From positions 9,300,001 to 9,364,000 of the forward strand of contig NC_135668.1 of assembly GCF_964188315.1 (NCBI RefSeq): a DNA stretch of 64,000 bases, in the 5' to 3' direction. Position 1 is the first letter of the stretch. Every line of letters begins with the position of its first letter. A model generated the notes under the pieces. The model did not search any database and was not told the origin of the DNA. It saw only the letters and a program-made list of their open reading frames with translations. Below, piece after piece: positions 11,970 through 23,375 of the stretch. This stretch comes from Podarcis muralis (taxonomy: Eukaryota). The position numbers were made by a program, and so were the translations under genes.

Positions 11970-11979
11970 CTGCAGAAAA

Positions 11980-12562
11980 TACCCTCAAATCAGTGAAATC
12001 ACCTGGTATGTTTAAGTACATTATAGGTACAACACACTAACAGACACTAAGCCCCACTGCATGTTGCAAGATATCTGAAGGTTATGTGGAATGTTTAGGG
12101 GCAAGGGAAATTCTCACCTGGAACCACAGTTAGAAAAATGCAGAACAGAGACAAAAGGACAATACGAGTGGACTCTCTGTGCCCTGATCACAACAAAAAG
12201 ACTGATACGGATGAATTGGAAAAATAAAAATGAAGCTCTCTTCTACAGTATGATTGAAGACTTATACAAACTCGCAACGTGTGAACAACTTGCATATAAA
12301 TGCAGACTTGCCATGGACAAATTCAATGATATTTGGAATCCATTCTTACATATACTGTTAAGATCTGGTGAAGTATAATAACAACTTTGTAAAGTATACA
12401 GTTTTGGGGGTTTCCCCCCTCTCCCCCTTACTTTCCCTTCTACATGCGTACTATTTCTCTTTTTCTTTTTCTCTCTTTTATTTACGTCCCACCACGTTTA
12501 GTGCACATATAGATACTTTTTAACTTTCAATCAAGAAGAAATTTAAAAAAGAAAAAGAAAAA
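11980..12562 (+). mobile_element. L1/Tx1-clade LINE 3' fragment, a different family from the 8391 element
   Basis: ORF 12091-12378 (KRLIRMNWK...EQLAYKCRLAMDKFNDIWNPF) resembles L1-clade ORF2 C-termini; followed by a 3' UTR and A-rich tail up to the gap. 5' boundary approximate. Confidence 0.7.
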
Positions 12563-12569
12563 TGCAGAA

Positions 12570-12698
12570 NNNNNNNNNNNNNNNNNNNNNNNNNNNNNNN
12601 NNNNNNNNNNNNNNNNNNNNNNNNNNNNNNNNNNNNNNNNNNNNNNNNNNNNNNNNNNNNNNNNNNNNNNNNNNNNNNNNNNNNNNNNNNNNNNNNNN
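12570..12698. other. Assembly gap (129 N)
   Basis: Run of n directly after a LINE A-rich tail. Confidence 1.
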
Positions 12699-13610
12699 GG
12701 CACCTCTATCACGTAGAACATCCTGCGCTCTGTAAAGTTGACATGGTACAATTAGACCATACTTGTAATTCAAGTAATACCAGATGTGCAATGCAGGACA
12801 CTCTGCCACCTGCCCCAAAGGAAAGCAAATTCCAAAGGTGAATTCTGCAACCTGAGAAAGTTATTATCCTTTTGCAGAACACTGTCTACATAAATGGGAA
12901 TTGGGGTGCAAACCAGATCCCCTTTCAGCCAAAGCTCTATCTGGGAGTTCACATCTGCTGCATGCAAAGAATCACATGAGGGAGGCAGCATGCTAGCGCC
13001 AACCCCTCCATCGCTGACCCTGTTGCCCTCCAAGAGTTGGAGGGCTAAATGTAAGGAGACTGCCCTACCGGTAGAGGATTCTCAGGTGATTTGCAACTCT
13101 GAACTTCCAGGCTCCTCAATCATGCAGGGAATCTCCACACACGGAAAGGGTTGCCAGCTGCAAAGGGATGTCCTTTCAATATGGGAAGGTGCTTAAACCC
13201 AAGAAAGGGATGCAATCAAGAGCGTAGAGCCAACGGGCTCCTCTCCTCTCTCTCCCTCATCATGCGAGGCTTGAACACCTGAAGACGCAAGCAACACTTT
13301 GCTCTTTACAAGAGCAAAGGTGTGCAGGCAGGACACTCGCAGCCCTGCAAAGGCTGGCATGAAGTGTGGCAAGGAGCTTCTGAGCAGCCTTTTGGGGGTG
13401 GGCAGGAATGAATTGACAGCCTCGTTTTCTCTACTTCCCTCCACACTCTTAAAAAAACCAGTATGCTTCATTTCTTAAAAAGGATGCTGATTTGGGAGAG
13501 GTGCTGTAGAGCATGTGCTTTGCCCTACACATGCTGACATCTCCAGGTAAGACTGGGAGAGAACCCTGCTTGAAATCTTGCAGAGCTGCTGGCGGTCAGA
13601 GTAGGCAATA

Positions 13611-13888
13611 CAGTGGTGCCCCACAAGACGAATGCCTCGCAAGATGAAAAACTCGCTAGACGAAAGGGTTTTCCGTTTTTTGAGTCGTTCTGCAAGACGA
13701 ATTTCCCTATGGGCTTGCTTCGCAAGACGAAATGTCTTGCGAGTTCTTGCGAGTTTGTTTCCTTTTTCTTAAAGCCGCTAAGCCGTTAATAGCCGCTAAG
13801 CCGCTAATAGCCGTGCTTCGCAAGACGAAAAAACCGCAAGACGAAGAGACCTGCGGAACAGATTAATTTGTCTTGCGAGGCACCACTG
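13611..13888. mobile_element. Tigger-like MITE family B, nested in a tRNA-SINE
   Basis: Same TIR and TA TSD; interrupts SINE sequence caata|ctaag, with the SINE halves at about 13495-13610 and 13889-13950. Confidence 0.85.
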
Positions 13889-13979
13889 TACTAAGTTAAA
13901 TGGAGACCAGTGGTCTGACTCAGTATAGCACAGCTTTCTATGTTCCTAACTGAAAAGTTAAGTGGCATTGAACACCAAC

Positions 13980-14075
13980 CTGCCATTCATCAGAATCGCT
14001 GTAGAGGGTCACGGGGACCTCCTGGGGGTTATAGAAGTGCTTTGCATTCTCGGTAGTCACCACCCGCACTTCCAC
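13980..14075 (-). CDS. PPCDC: PPCDC exon 3 (96 nt)
   Basis: ttccag|GTGGAA...TGGCAG|gttggt. Encodes VEVRVVTTENAKHFYNPQEVPVTLYSDSDEWQ. Confidence 0.97.
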
Positions 14076-14146
14076 CTGGAAAGAAAAAAGCGGGGGTGGG
14101 GAAAGCACGGAGAAGGAGGAAAGAAAAGAAGCCATTCAAGATAATA

Positions 14147-14192
14147 AATAATAATAATAATAATAATAATTTATTTATTTATTTATTTATTT
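14147..14192. repeat. (AAT)n-(TTTA)n compound microsatellite
   Basis: Seen directly. Confidence 0.95.
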
Positions 14193-14217
14193 AAAATTAA
14201 AATACTGTAATAGATCA

Positions 14218-14478
14218 AACATTAAAAGCTTCCCTAAATAGGGCTGCCTTCAGATGTCTTCTAAAAGTCTGGTAGTGGTTGTTCTCTTTGACATCTGGTG
14301 GGAGGGCGTTCCACAGGGCGGGCGCCACCACCGAGAAGGCCCTCTGCCTGGTTCCCTGTAACTTGGCTTCTCGCAGTGAGGGAACCGCCAGAAGGCCCTC
14401 GGCGCTGGAGCTCAGTGTCCGGGTAGAACGATGGGGGTGGAGACGCTCCTTCAGGTATACTGGACCAAGGCCGTTTAG
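14218..14478 (-). mobile_element. L2 LINE 3' fragment
   Basis: Reverse complement reads ggaaccaggcagagggccttctcggtggtggcgcccgccctgtggaacgccctccc (RAFSVVAPALWNALP). Confidence 0.85.
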
Positions 14479-17221
14479 ATAAAGAGTTTAACTCTTTTGA
14501 AACTTAAGTCTTATTTGTACTGAGCTAGTGGAAGTGTAGTCAGATAGGGCCACAGAACCAGATTCCAAGCGAAACACACCTGAAAAGTTAATTCCCATCA
14601 GCCTTGCAATTAAGCACTCGCCTGACTAGGTAGGTGAAAAGGAACTGGCATTCAGGTGAGGGAGCAGGCTGAAGGAGGAGCAATGGAGCAGCACCCCAAC
14701 CCTCCCTCTGTGCACAGCAAAGAACTGCAAAGGGCTGCTGACGAAGGGATGGCATTCTCCATGCCTCTTCAGACAGTCCCCAGCAGGCGAGAACATTTCT
14801 CTGCAGGCTAAATCACTTCTGTGCACTTGGTTCCAAGGCGGACCGAAATCACGGCGGGCCAGGGTTAGAGAACCATTTTCATGTCTTCTGGGGGCCACGT
14901 GCCAGTAGCGAGGAAGGCCAGCGGTGAAAATAGGCACAGAGACAAGTGTGAGTGTTACATTCGTACAACAGATTGGCTTTATCTTTGTAAGGTAGGCTAG
15001 TCTCAACATATTCCATCTAGTACCCAGACAAGCAAGAAGCGTGAACAGAGTTTGAGGGCACATTCCAGCAGTAAAGGAGGGTGAAAAGCAAGGCCAGAAA
15101 GGAAGATGGCTGAGGAAAGTGTTTGGTAGGGAGAGTCCTAGAAGCCCAACAGAGATGTCTGGAGGGCAGGATTTGGCCCCTGGGCTGAGGTTCCCCCTGT
15201 AGACAAATGGCAAATACGTACAAGCTTGTGACCATGAAAGAAACGTAGCACAAAAGAATAATATGTCCATGAAAGATGAAAGAGAAGTATATGAAAGACT
15301 ACACTGTACTAAAGCATAAGGTGAATATGACTAATATATACAATTATGAATGCATAGGATTGCATAATGCTGAAAGAACAGGGAATTGAGGGACAGGATA
15401 GCACAGTATATTTTCCAAAAACAGCAACATCCTTCATTGCCACCTCCTATACTGGTACAGAATCTTTCTAAGGCTCCCACGGTTACTTGGGAGTAAGTCC
15501 CAATAAGGTGAATGAGACTTATTTCTCTGAGTATGCATGTATAACATCACACTATAAATTCCTAGTTGTTCTAACAGCCCACCATTTTAACATAAATATT
15601 AAGAGAAATGTATAGCTACCATTCAAGAGCAGACCTAAAGAAGAAGGAGAAAGAGTCATGTGGGTCTCAGGTAAGAAGTAGTGAAACACAGAAGTGGTCC
15701 TCTGGTGAAAACTAGTAAAAATCTGAAAACAGGTCTCATTCCAAAGAATCAGAAGGAAATGGAATGCCAAAAAGGAAGCAATAAGGACGGAAGAAAAAGA
15801 AGAAACAAAACATTCAGTCCTAGAAAACAGAAGCTTTCCAAGAACTACTCCAGTGTAAACATTACCCAGGGCATGTATAATAAGCAAGAGGGGAAATCAA
15901 AACTTGAAGCCCCTTTCTCCTCTGTAAGAGAAATGGCAAAAAACTGGAGTCCAGAAAAGACCCTCCCCACAACTGCCTTAAAAACAAAGTGAGATCTGGT
16001 GAATAAATGACTTCTCCTTTTCTATACCTCCCTTTGTCAATCTTTCTCAACCCTCCCATGTCACTTTCCCAATTAAAATTCATTTCTGTATAGATCAGAG
16101 TTGGGGAAGCTGTGGCTGGACTCCAACTCCCATCAGCCCCAACGAGCACAGCCAATGATCAGGGATGATGAGAGTTGCAGTCCAACATCTACAGCTCAAT
16201 TGCCAGGCTATGAAAATTTTGCAACATCATTTAGACCAGCCTTCTCCACCCTCCGGCCCTTCGGGCGCTGCTGGACTAGAACCCCCACCAATCCCAGACA
16301 GCAAGATCAATGGCCAGGAATGAGAGGAGTTGTTACTCAACAGTATCTGGAGACCACAGGGCTGGGGGAAAACTGAATTGGACAAGTTTCCCTTTGTTTG
16401 CTTAAAGCACATTATAGGTGTCTTATCAGGGAAACATTCCAGGCCAAAGCCATGAAGATTTCCCAGCTGCTGCCGACCAAAGAGAATGTACAATATTGCT
16501 GTTGTTGTTCATCCTAGTCCATTATTTAATGGCGGAACAGGGCCAATTAAAGCCATTAATCAGCCTCCCTTGCATTCCAGCATCAAGGTCGAGAGAGGCT
16601 CAGTTCTGCTATCCAAGATGGAATGTAATCATGACTGTTGATGAGCAACATTCTGGTTCAGAATAAACTCTGGATGAAGGAAGCCTTTTTTCTTCCCAGT
16701 ATGCCAGAATCCTAAGAACCAGATGGACTTTCTTAGACTGCAATCCAAGATACAAATAGTCTTTATATTGTGTACAGAGAGAGAGAGAAAGAAAGAAAAG
16801 CACCCTCTGGATTGCAAAACAAGCAGTCTGATGGCACATTAAGGCAGGGATGAAAAAACTGTGGCACTCCAGGTATAATTGGACTACAACTCCCATCATC
16901 CCAGGCCATTGGTCAGGCAGGCTGGAACTGACAACAGCTGGAATTCAACAACTTCAGGAGGGTTGCAGGTTCTAATCCCTGGATTAAGGCATTTCTTGAG
17001 GTATATTTTGTATACATGAAAATTTATCCCCAGTCTCTGCAGGCATTTCCGCACAGGAACGCTTCCTAGCAGGTAACAAATGAAGCAGCCACTGGAATCA
17101 TAACTCAACAGGAGCCATCTTAAATCAACTGACACTGTATTTGGTTTCCCCATCAGTCTTTAACTGCAAACGTTTATGCTAGTCTTCGCCAACCCAACAC
17201 TGTCCAGATTATTTCAGACTA

Positions 17222-17436
17222 CAGTGGTACCTCGGGTTAAGAACTTAATTCTTTCTGGAGGTCCGTTCTTAACCTGAAACTGTTCTTAACCTGAGGTACC
17301 ACTTTAGCTAATGGGACCTCCTGCCACCGCTGCACGGTTTCTGTTCTCATCCTGAAGCAAAGTTCTTAACCTGAGGTACTATTTCTGGGTTAGCAGAGTC
17401 TGTAACCTGAAGCGTCTGTAACCCGAGATACCACTG
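17222..17436. mobile_element. Tigger-like MITE family A, nested in a foldback MITE
   Basis: Same TIR and TA TSD, same orientation as the 4893 copy; splits gacta|caactcccatc of the hairpin family. Confidence 0.85.
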
Positions 17437-18699
17437 TACAACTCCCATCAGTTCCAATCAGCACACGGTGACTGGGGCTGATGGGAATTGTGGTCCAAAA
17501 TGTTTGGAGGGCACCAAGGTGGCTAAGGATGTTTTATGCTAGCATAAGTAGAAAAAGGGCTTCATTTAGAAAGATCTCTCTCCTGCTTCCTTCTCAAACA
17601 AAAATCCCTTCTTATTTATCTAGGAAATGACCTTTATGTGTCTTCTGGTGTACTATCTGGGAGGTGAGGGAGTTTGAGATGATGCACACAGGTGTATTAG
17701 GAGGTACCATCTCAGAATAGCTATTCCCCATTTCTCACTCTTACAGGAATGAATGCCTCTTCTAAGATAATGCTTGCCACCTGCTGTTTTATAAGTACTG
17801 TACTTGTCTTTAAAATAACTTTTAAAAATGAAATGTTGTTGCCATATTAATTGGGGGGATGGGAGATTTTAGTGAAACATGGTTTCCATGTATTAACTAA
17901 CAAGCAAACTATTATACCTCTAGAAACTATACAGCCCTCTTTGGACTGTGAAAGTATTTTTAAGGGCAGGGGTTCACAATGCCACAAAAGATTTCACTGG
18001 TGTCCCTGGGCAGATGTCCCAGACTCTGAGCTTTCATTACTTTTTTAAATTAAATTTTCCCTCACACAAGTCCCTCACTAAATAATATGTGGTAAATTGT
18101 AAAAAAAATTGTGCAATTGGAGTACCATGAGGTGGGTGCACTATATTTAATTGGGGGAAGTTAGCGGGACCAGATCCGCTGCATTATTAATTGGTGGGAC
18201 TGCTATAAGGGGCAACCACAAATAGGTTTTTGTGTGGAAGACCTCTGAGTGCCATTCAATTCTGGCTCTCAGACACAGTTCCTAAGCACCAGAAATCTTT
18301 GATTCTAAGTGTATGTCTTTTGCATTGTTATAAGAATTCTAAGTTCTCAAAAATAACATAAATATGCATAAATGCACACATATCTAATTATATAAACAAT
18401 GTGTCTGAAACAGTACAGGAGAGCAATCCTGAAGCCATTTTGACTCTCCCAATGACCTCAAATATTCCTCTGCAATAAGGGAGGCAAATAGGGAAAGCCT
18501 TCCCATTGTCTTTTCACTTACAAATCCTGTCTTAAGGGCATATTTGTGTATGAATAGGGTGAGCCTGTGACCTGGATTCAGGAACTAAAGTATCCATCAC
18601 AAAAGAATGGCCAGGCTGCCCAGCAAACATTATCAAGTATCCTGGCAGACAGGATTTAAATACGATAAATCCGATATTCTTTACTGTCATTGTCCCATA

Positions 18700-19059
18700 G
18701 TAAAGGTAAAGGTACCCCTGCCTGTACGGGCCAGTCTTGACAGACTCTAGGGTTGTGCGCCCATCTCACTCAAGAGGCCGGGGGCCAGCGCTGTCCGGAA
18801 ACACTTCCGGGTCACGTGGCCAGCGTGACATCGATGCTCTGGCGAGCCAGAGCCGCACACAGAAACGCCGTTTACCTTCCCGCTAGTAAGCGGTCCCTAT
18901 TTATCTACTTGCACCCGGGAGTGCTTTCGAACTGCTAGGTTGGCAGGCACTGGGACCGAACAACGGGAGCGCACCCCGCCGCGGGGATTCGAACCGCCGA
19001 CCTTTCGATCGGCAAGCCCTAGGCGCTGAGGCTTTTACCCACAGCGCCACCCGCGTCCC
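18700..19059 (-). mobile_element. Sauria SINE (Squam1), full length
   Basis: Minus strand starts gggacgcgggtggcgctgtgg, has B box ggttcgaatcc, ends in an (acctt)n-type tail; 15-bp TSD tgtcattgtcccata. Confidence 0.95.
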
Positions 19060-19214
19060 TGTCATTGTCCCATACAGAACAACAAAATTGAAAAAAATCT
19101 ACATCAGACATTCAAAAACCAACAAGCCTGCTATTTCTGCTGTAGATGCCTCCTATGATGTATGTATGATGATTTTGGGGTGGTCTTTGGCTAAGGGGGT
19201 TGGGCAATGTCAAA

Positions 19215-19410
19215 AGCCTTTAAAGGTTCCTGCATACTTTTGTTCAGGGTCTCTCCCTCCTTGGAAGGAGGGGAGGGAACTCTGTTGCAACAGAAAAATA
19301 AATATCTGCCTTGCTTTCCACTGGATCCTGCCTCCATCTATTTTTCTCTGACCGATCATGGACTTAGGGGACTCCGAGTCCCATGGGGAGTTGGGCAGCA
19401 AATGTCAAAC
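19215..19410. repeat. Unclassified dispersed repeat; second copy at about 60990-61150
   Basis: Shared blocks gttgcaacagaaaaa..atctgccttgcttt..ctccatctatt..atcat.gacttaggggactc..gggcagcaaa. Confidence 0.7.
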
Positions 19411-19949
19411 CCCAATTTTCACATCAGCACCAAGCTGGAATCTTGCACACCTCTGGGTTTAACGGCATAATTCTCCTGTTGGAGGCAATGTGTCCTGTGT
19501 TCAGTTAATAAGTAAGGCTTTTAAAAGAAAAGACACATGCATGAAGGAAAGAACAAGGCTGCCACTAGGAACAATGGCTTTCTTGCCTAGCTTGCAGACT
19601 TCCCACGGGCCTCTGGGTGCTGACAGTGAGAACAGGATAGGGGACTAGGTTGGCCGCTGACCAGATCTCTTCTTATGTTCTTAAGGCCCTGGAGTAAAGA
19701 CAGGTCACACCTCAATGGAAGGGCCATAGCTTGTTTTACATGAAGAAGGTCTCAGGTTCATTCCCCACCATTGCCTGGTGAAAGGATCAGTTAGCAAATG
19801 ATGGGTAACACTTTCTCTGCGTGAGATCCTGGAGGCACAGGGGACACAAATTGCTTTGCCTGGGGTAAGCCAGCTTCCTAGGCAAACAATACATTTATAG
19901 TGCTTAAGGTGCCATTAGACTTTTGTGTGTGTGCTTGTTGAGGGTTGTA

Positions 19950-20197
19950 CAGTGGAACCTTGGGTTACATACACTTCAGGTTACATACACTTCAGGTTAC
20001 AGACTCCACTAATCCAGAAATATTACCTCGGGTTAAGAACTTTGCTTCAGGATGAGAACAGAAATCGTGGAGTGGCGGCGCAGCAGCAGCAGCAGCAGGA
20101 GGCCCCATTAGCTAAAGTGGTGCTTCAGGTTAAGAACAGTTTCAGGTTAAGAACAGACCTCCGGAATGAATTAAGTACTTAACCTGAGGTACCACTG
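19950..20197. mobile_element. Tigger-like MITE family A (opposite orientation)
   Basis: TA-cagtgg...ccactg-TA; reverse orientation relative to the 4893 copy. Confidence 0.85.
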
Positions 20198-20592
20198 TAT
20201 TTCAAGCAAATATTTGGAGCAGTAACTCATGAACCAAGTCCCTCTCATGAGCTACAGTTGTCAGCCATGAATTCAGGCATCCCTAGTAACTGCAATTAGC
20301 AAAGGATTATTAAAAGTTCTATTACAACAAAGGCACCAGGAGAGCAATGAAATTTCTCAGATGAAGTACAGTACACCTCTTCCAAAAGATGCGGTCTAGC
20401 ATCCATTCAAATGGAACGCAAATCATCTTAGATGGGCATAAATAGGTTTGCAGGTTACTGCAAAAGCCAGGGCTGTAACCTGAGCCTAAAGAGGGGGGAA
20501 AACACAACTTATTAAACCCACTCAGCCTTGGCTAACAGTGACACCTACTGGTCAGAGGCATTACTACATACAACAGCTCAAGGGATGATATA

Positions 20593-20953
20593 AAGATAAA
20601 GGTAAAGGTACCCCTGCCCGTACGGGCCAGTCTTGCCAGACTCTAGGGTTGTGCGCTCATCTCACTAAATAGGCCGGGAGCCAGCGCTGTCCGCAGACAC
20701 TTCCGGGTCACGTGGCCAGCGTGACAAGCTGCATCTGGCGAGCCAGCGCAGCACACGGAACGCCGTTTACCTTCCCGCTGGTAAGCGGTCCCTATTTATC
20801 TACTTGCACCCGGGGGTGCTTTCGAACTGCTAGGTTGGCAGGCGCTGGGACCGAACGACGGGAGCACACCCCACCGTGGGGATTTGAACCGCCGACCATG
20901 CGATCAGCAAGTCCTAGGCGCTGAGGTTTTACCCACTGCGCCACCCGCATCCC
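20593..20953 (-). mobile_element. Sauria SINE, full length
   Basis: Same structure; 13-bp TSD aagggatgatata (20580-20592 and 20956-20968). Confidence 0.95.
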
Positions 20954-21085
20954 TTAAGGGATGATATAGTGGCAAGCATGTCTGTTCCCATGAAACCTCC
21001 CAACTCTATTCAGAGTAGCCTTCCTAAACCTGAACTGCATGAGGTGTAACTTGACAGAAAATCCTGGGATCTGGATACCTTAAGG

Positions 21086-21337
21086 CATGGGTAGGCAAAC
21101 TAAGGCCTGGGGGCCGGATCTGGCACAATTGCCTTCTAAATCTGGCCCAGACAGTCCGGGAATCAGCTTGTTTTTACATGAGTAGAATGTGTGCTTTTAT
21201 TTAAAATGCATCTCTGGGTTATTTGTGGGGCATAGGAATTCGTTCATTTATTTATTTTTTCAAAATACAGTCCGGCCCCCCACAAGGTCTGAGGGACAGT
21301 GGACCGGCCCCCTGCTGAAAATGTTTGCTGACCCCTG
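21086..21337. mobile_element. hAT MITE (252 bp)
   Basis: Ends catgggtaggcaaac...tttgctgacccctg; perfect 8-bp TSD ccttaagg. Confidence 0.9.
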
Positions 21338-21495
21338 CCTTAAGGGTTGCTTTATCCTGTGCCTTCTGATCAACATCAGAGGCCCTGTTCTGTCACTGGG
21401 ATATGATCTCTGGCCTCTGCCATTATTATTAATTACCTGCCCTTCACCCTGAGGTCTCAGGGCTGGTTACAACAATTAAAACACAACATTAAAAA

Positions 21496-21830
21496 AGTAA
21501 AGGTAAAGGGACGCCTGACCATTAGGTCCAGTCGTGACTGACTCTGGGGTTGCGGCACTCATCTTGCTTTATTGGCCGAGGGAGCCAGCGTACAGCTTCC
21601 GGGTCATGTGGCCAGCATGACTAAGCCGCTTCTGGCGAACCAGAGCAGCGCACAGAAACGAGCAGTACCTATTTATCTACTTGCACTTTGACGTGCTTTC
21701 AAACTGCTAGGTTGGCAGGAGCAGGGACCGAACAACGGGAGCTCACCCCGTCGCAGGGATTCAAACCGCCAACCTTCTGATCGGCTAGTCCTAGGCTCTG
21801 CGGTTTAACCCACACCGCCACCCGCGTCCC
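21496..21830 (-). mobile_element. Sauria SINE, different subfamily, inserted in an L2 tail
   Basis: 3' part reads gagtcagtcacgactggacctaatggtc; 18-bp TSD aaaacacaacattaaaaa. Confidence 0.95.
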
Positions 21831-22392
21831 AAAAACACAACATTAAAAACAGTTAAAAACAACTTACGATCACAGAAAATCAAGTGGGTCCTAAAATATA
21901 CACCTAAAGTTTCAAAAGTCAGGGTAAAAGAGCCTGTGGCCTAAGGACTGCTTTGCATGTGTACTTAAAAGGAAGGTCACCAATCCAGATCAGATGATCC
22001 TGCTATCCTGCTGAGGTTATTGGTGGCTGAATTTGCTTGCTTTCCTCTTCCTTCACAATTTATTTTGTATCATGTTAGTGAGTCTGCAGGTAGGGGACTA
22101 TAGTATCTTTTAAACTCTACAGAGCACTTCTAAACAATTTTAGACATGTTACAGGCATGTAATCAAGAACAATAGGTAGATAAATTGGATAAAGGTAGCC
22201 TAGAGATATAGGAAATATATTTTTGCTACGGCATGTTATGTACTTTTACATAGTGCTTTGAGAAACTCTTTGCCTAATTATTAAGTCAGTTTGTGCCCAA
22301 TGCAAAAGGACACAAAGAAAAAGAAGCAATGACCCATTGTAAATACAAAAGCCAACAATTTACTCACATCAGCCCAGGTAACAACTACTCAC

Positions 22393-22515
22393 CCCAGGTA
22401 TCTTTAGAAGCTCTGATACAAGAATAGGCAACTTTAAAGCAGCCACACTTCCAGTAACACCAACAAGGATGTGAGTGTTCTTCTGCATGGGATCCATTTC
22501 AGTCTTGGGAACCAT
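22393..22515 (-). CDS. PPCDC: PPCDC first coding exon (exon 2; whole exon 22393-22521)
   Basis: ATG at 22515-22513. Encodes MVPKTEMDPMQKNTHILVGVTGSVAALKLPILVSELLKIPG, then |gtgagt. GVTGSVAA is the FMN-binding motif. Spliced CDS 123+96+129+169+86=603 nt = 200 aa + stop. Confidence 0.95.
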
Positions 22516-23159
22516 CACATTCTGTATGCAAACAAGGAAAACATGGGACTGTTATTGCTTTCAAACATCATTTCAGAAATTTGTGTAGGGCCAGATTTTG
22601 TTTATTTATTTCCTTGATTCCGTGTATGAATCACTTCGCATAAAATATTTGAAAGGATATTTTACTTTCAGTAAGAACATCAACAACAAAAACAATTCCA
22701 TATGAAAAAACAACTCCATATATACAACTAAAAGCAATTCCATACGTAAGGACAAGTTCCAACACAGTGGCATAAAGGTTTCCACTTACCTGTTGAAAGA
22801 GGAAGGTCTTCGGTAGGGACTGAAAAAACAATGCCTGTCTGGAGGGCGTCCCAAAGGGTATGTACTACCACGCTAAAGGCCCAATTCCTATATTATATGG
22901 AATGGACCTCTTGATGAGATTATATCCTGTAGAGCACAGTAAAGCCACTTCCGGCCTGCCCAGGAGGTGGGGTTGCGGGCTTCACGCCCACCCCACATGA
23001 GCGGGGCTGGTCCCAGCCCCCGCGAGAGCAGGGGAATCCCAGCCGGGTCTGCCCCCCCCCCCAGCCAGCCAATCAGCTGGCTGGCTGGGGGGGCATGGCC
23101 TGCCCTATTTAGGGCCGGCACGGAGGGGGCTCGTCCTCTTTTCGCCGGCTCATCCCCAC

Positions 23160-23375
23160 GTTATGAGCAGATCTTTTAGGTATCCTGATCCCAAGCTGTA
23201 TACCGCTTTGTATACAAGAACCAACAGCTCAAACTTAGCTTGGTAACTAATTGGCAGCCAGTGCAATTCTTTCAACAGCAGTATAGCACAATGTTGACAG
23301 TCAGCCCCAGTGAGCAGTTCAGACACTGCATTCTGCACTAGCCGCCCCTTCTGGGCCAACCTCAAAGGCAGCCCC
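23160..23375 (-). mobile_element. Old L2 fragment
   Basis: Minus strand LLKELHWLPISYQAKFELLVLVYKA, the L2 LHWLP motif. Confidence 0.7.

Noticed and set aside
14626-15270. 214-aa sense ORF in PPCDC intron 2
   Set aside because: No recognisable domain or motif, and no splice sites that fit the PPCDC frame. Treated as a chance ORF unless TBLASTN shows conservation.
15681-15992. 103-aa Lys-rich plus-strand ORF followed by AATAAA
   Set aside because: Explained by purine/A-rich composition; no partner exons or homology recognised.
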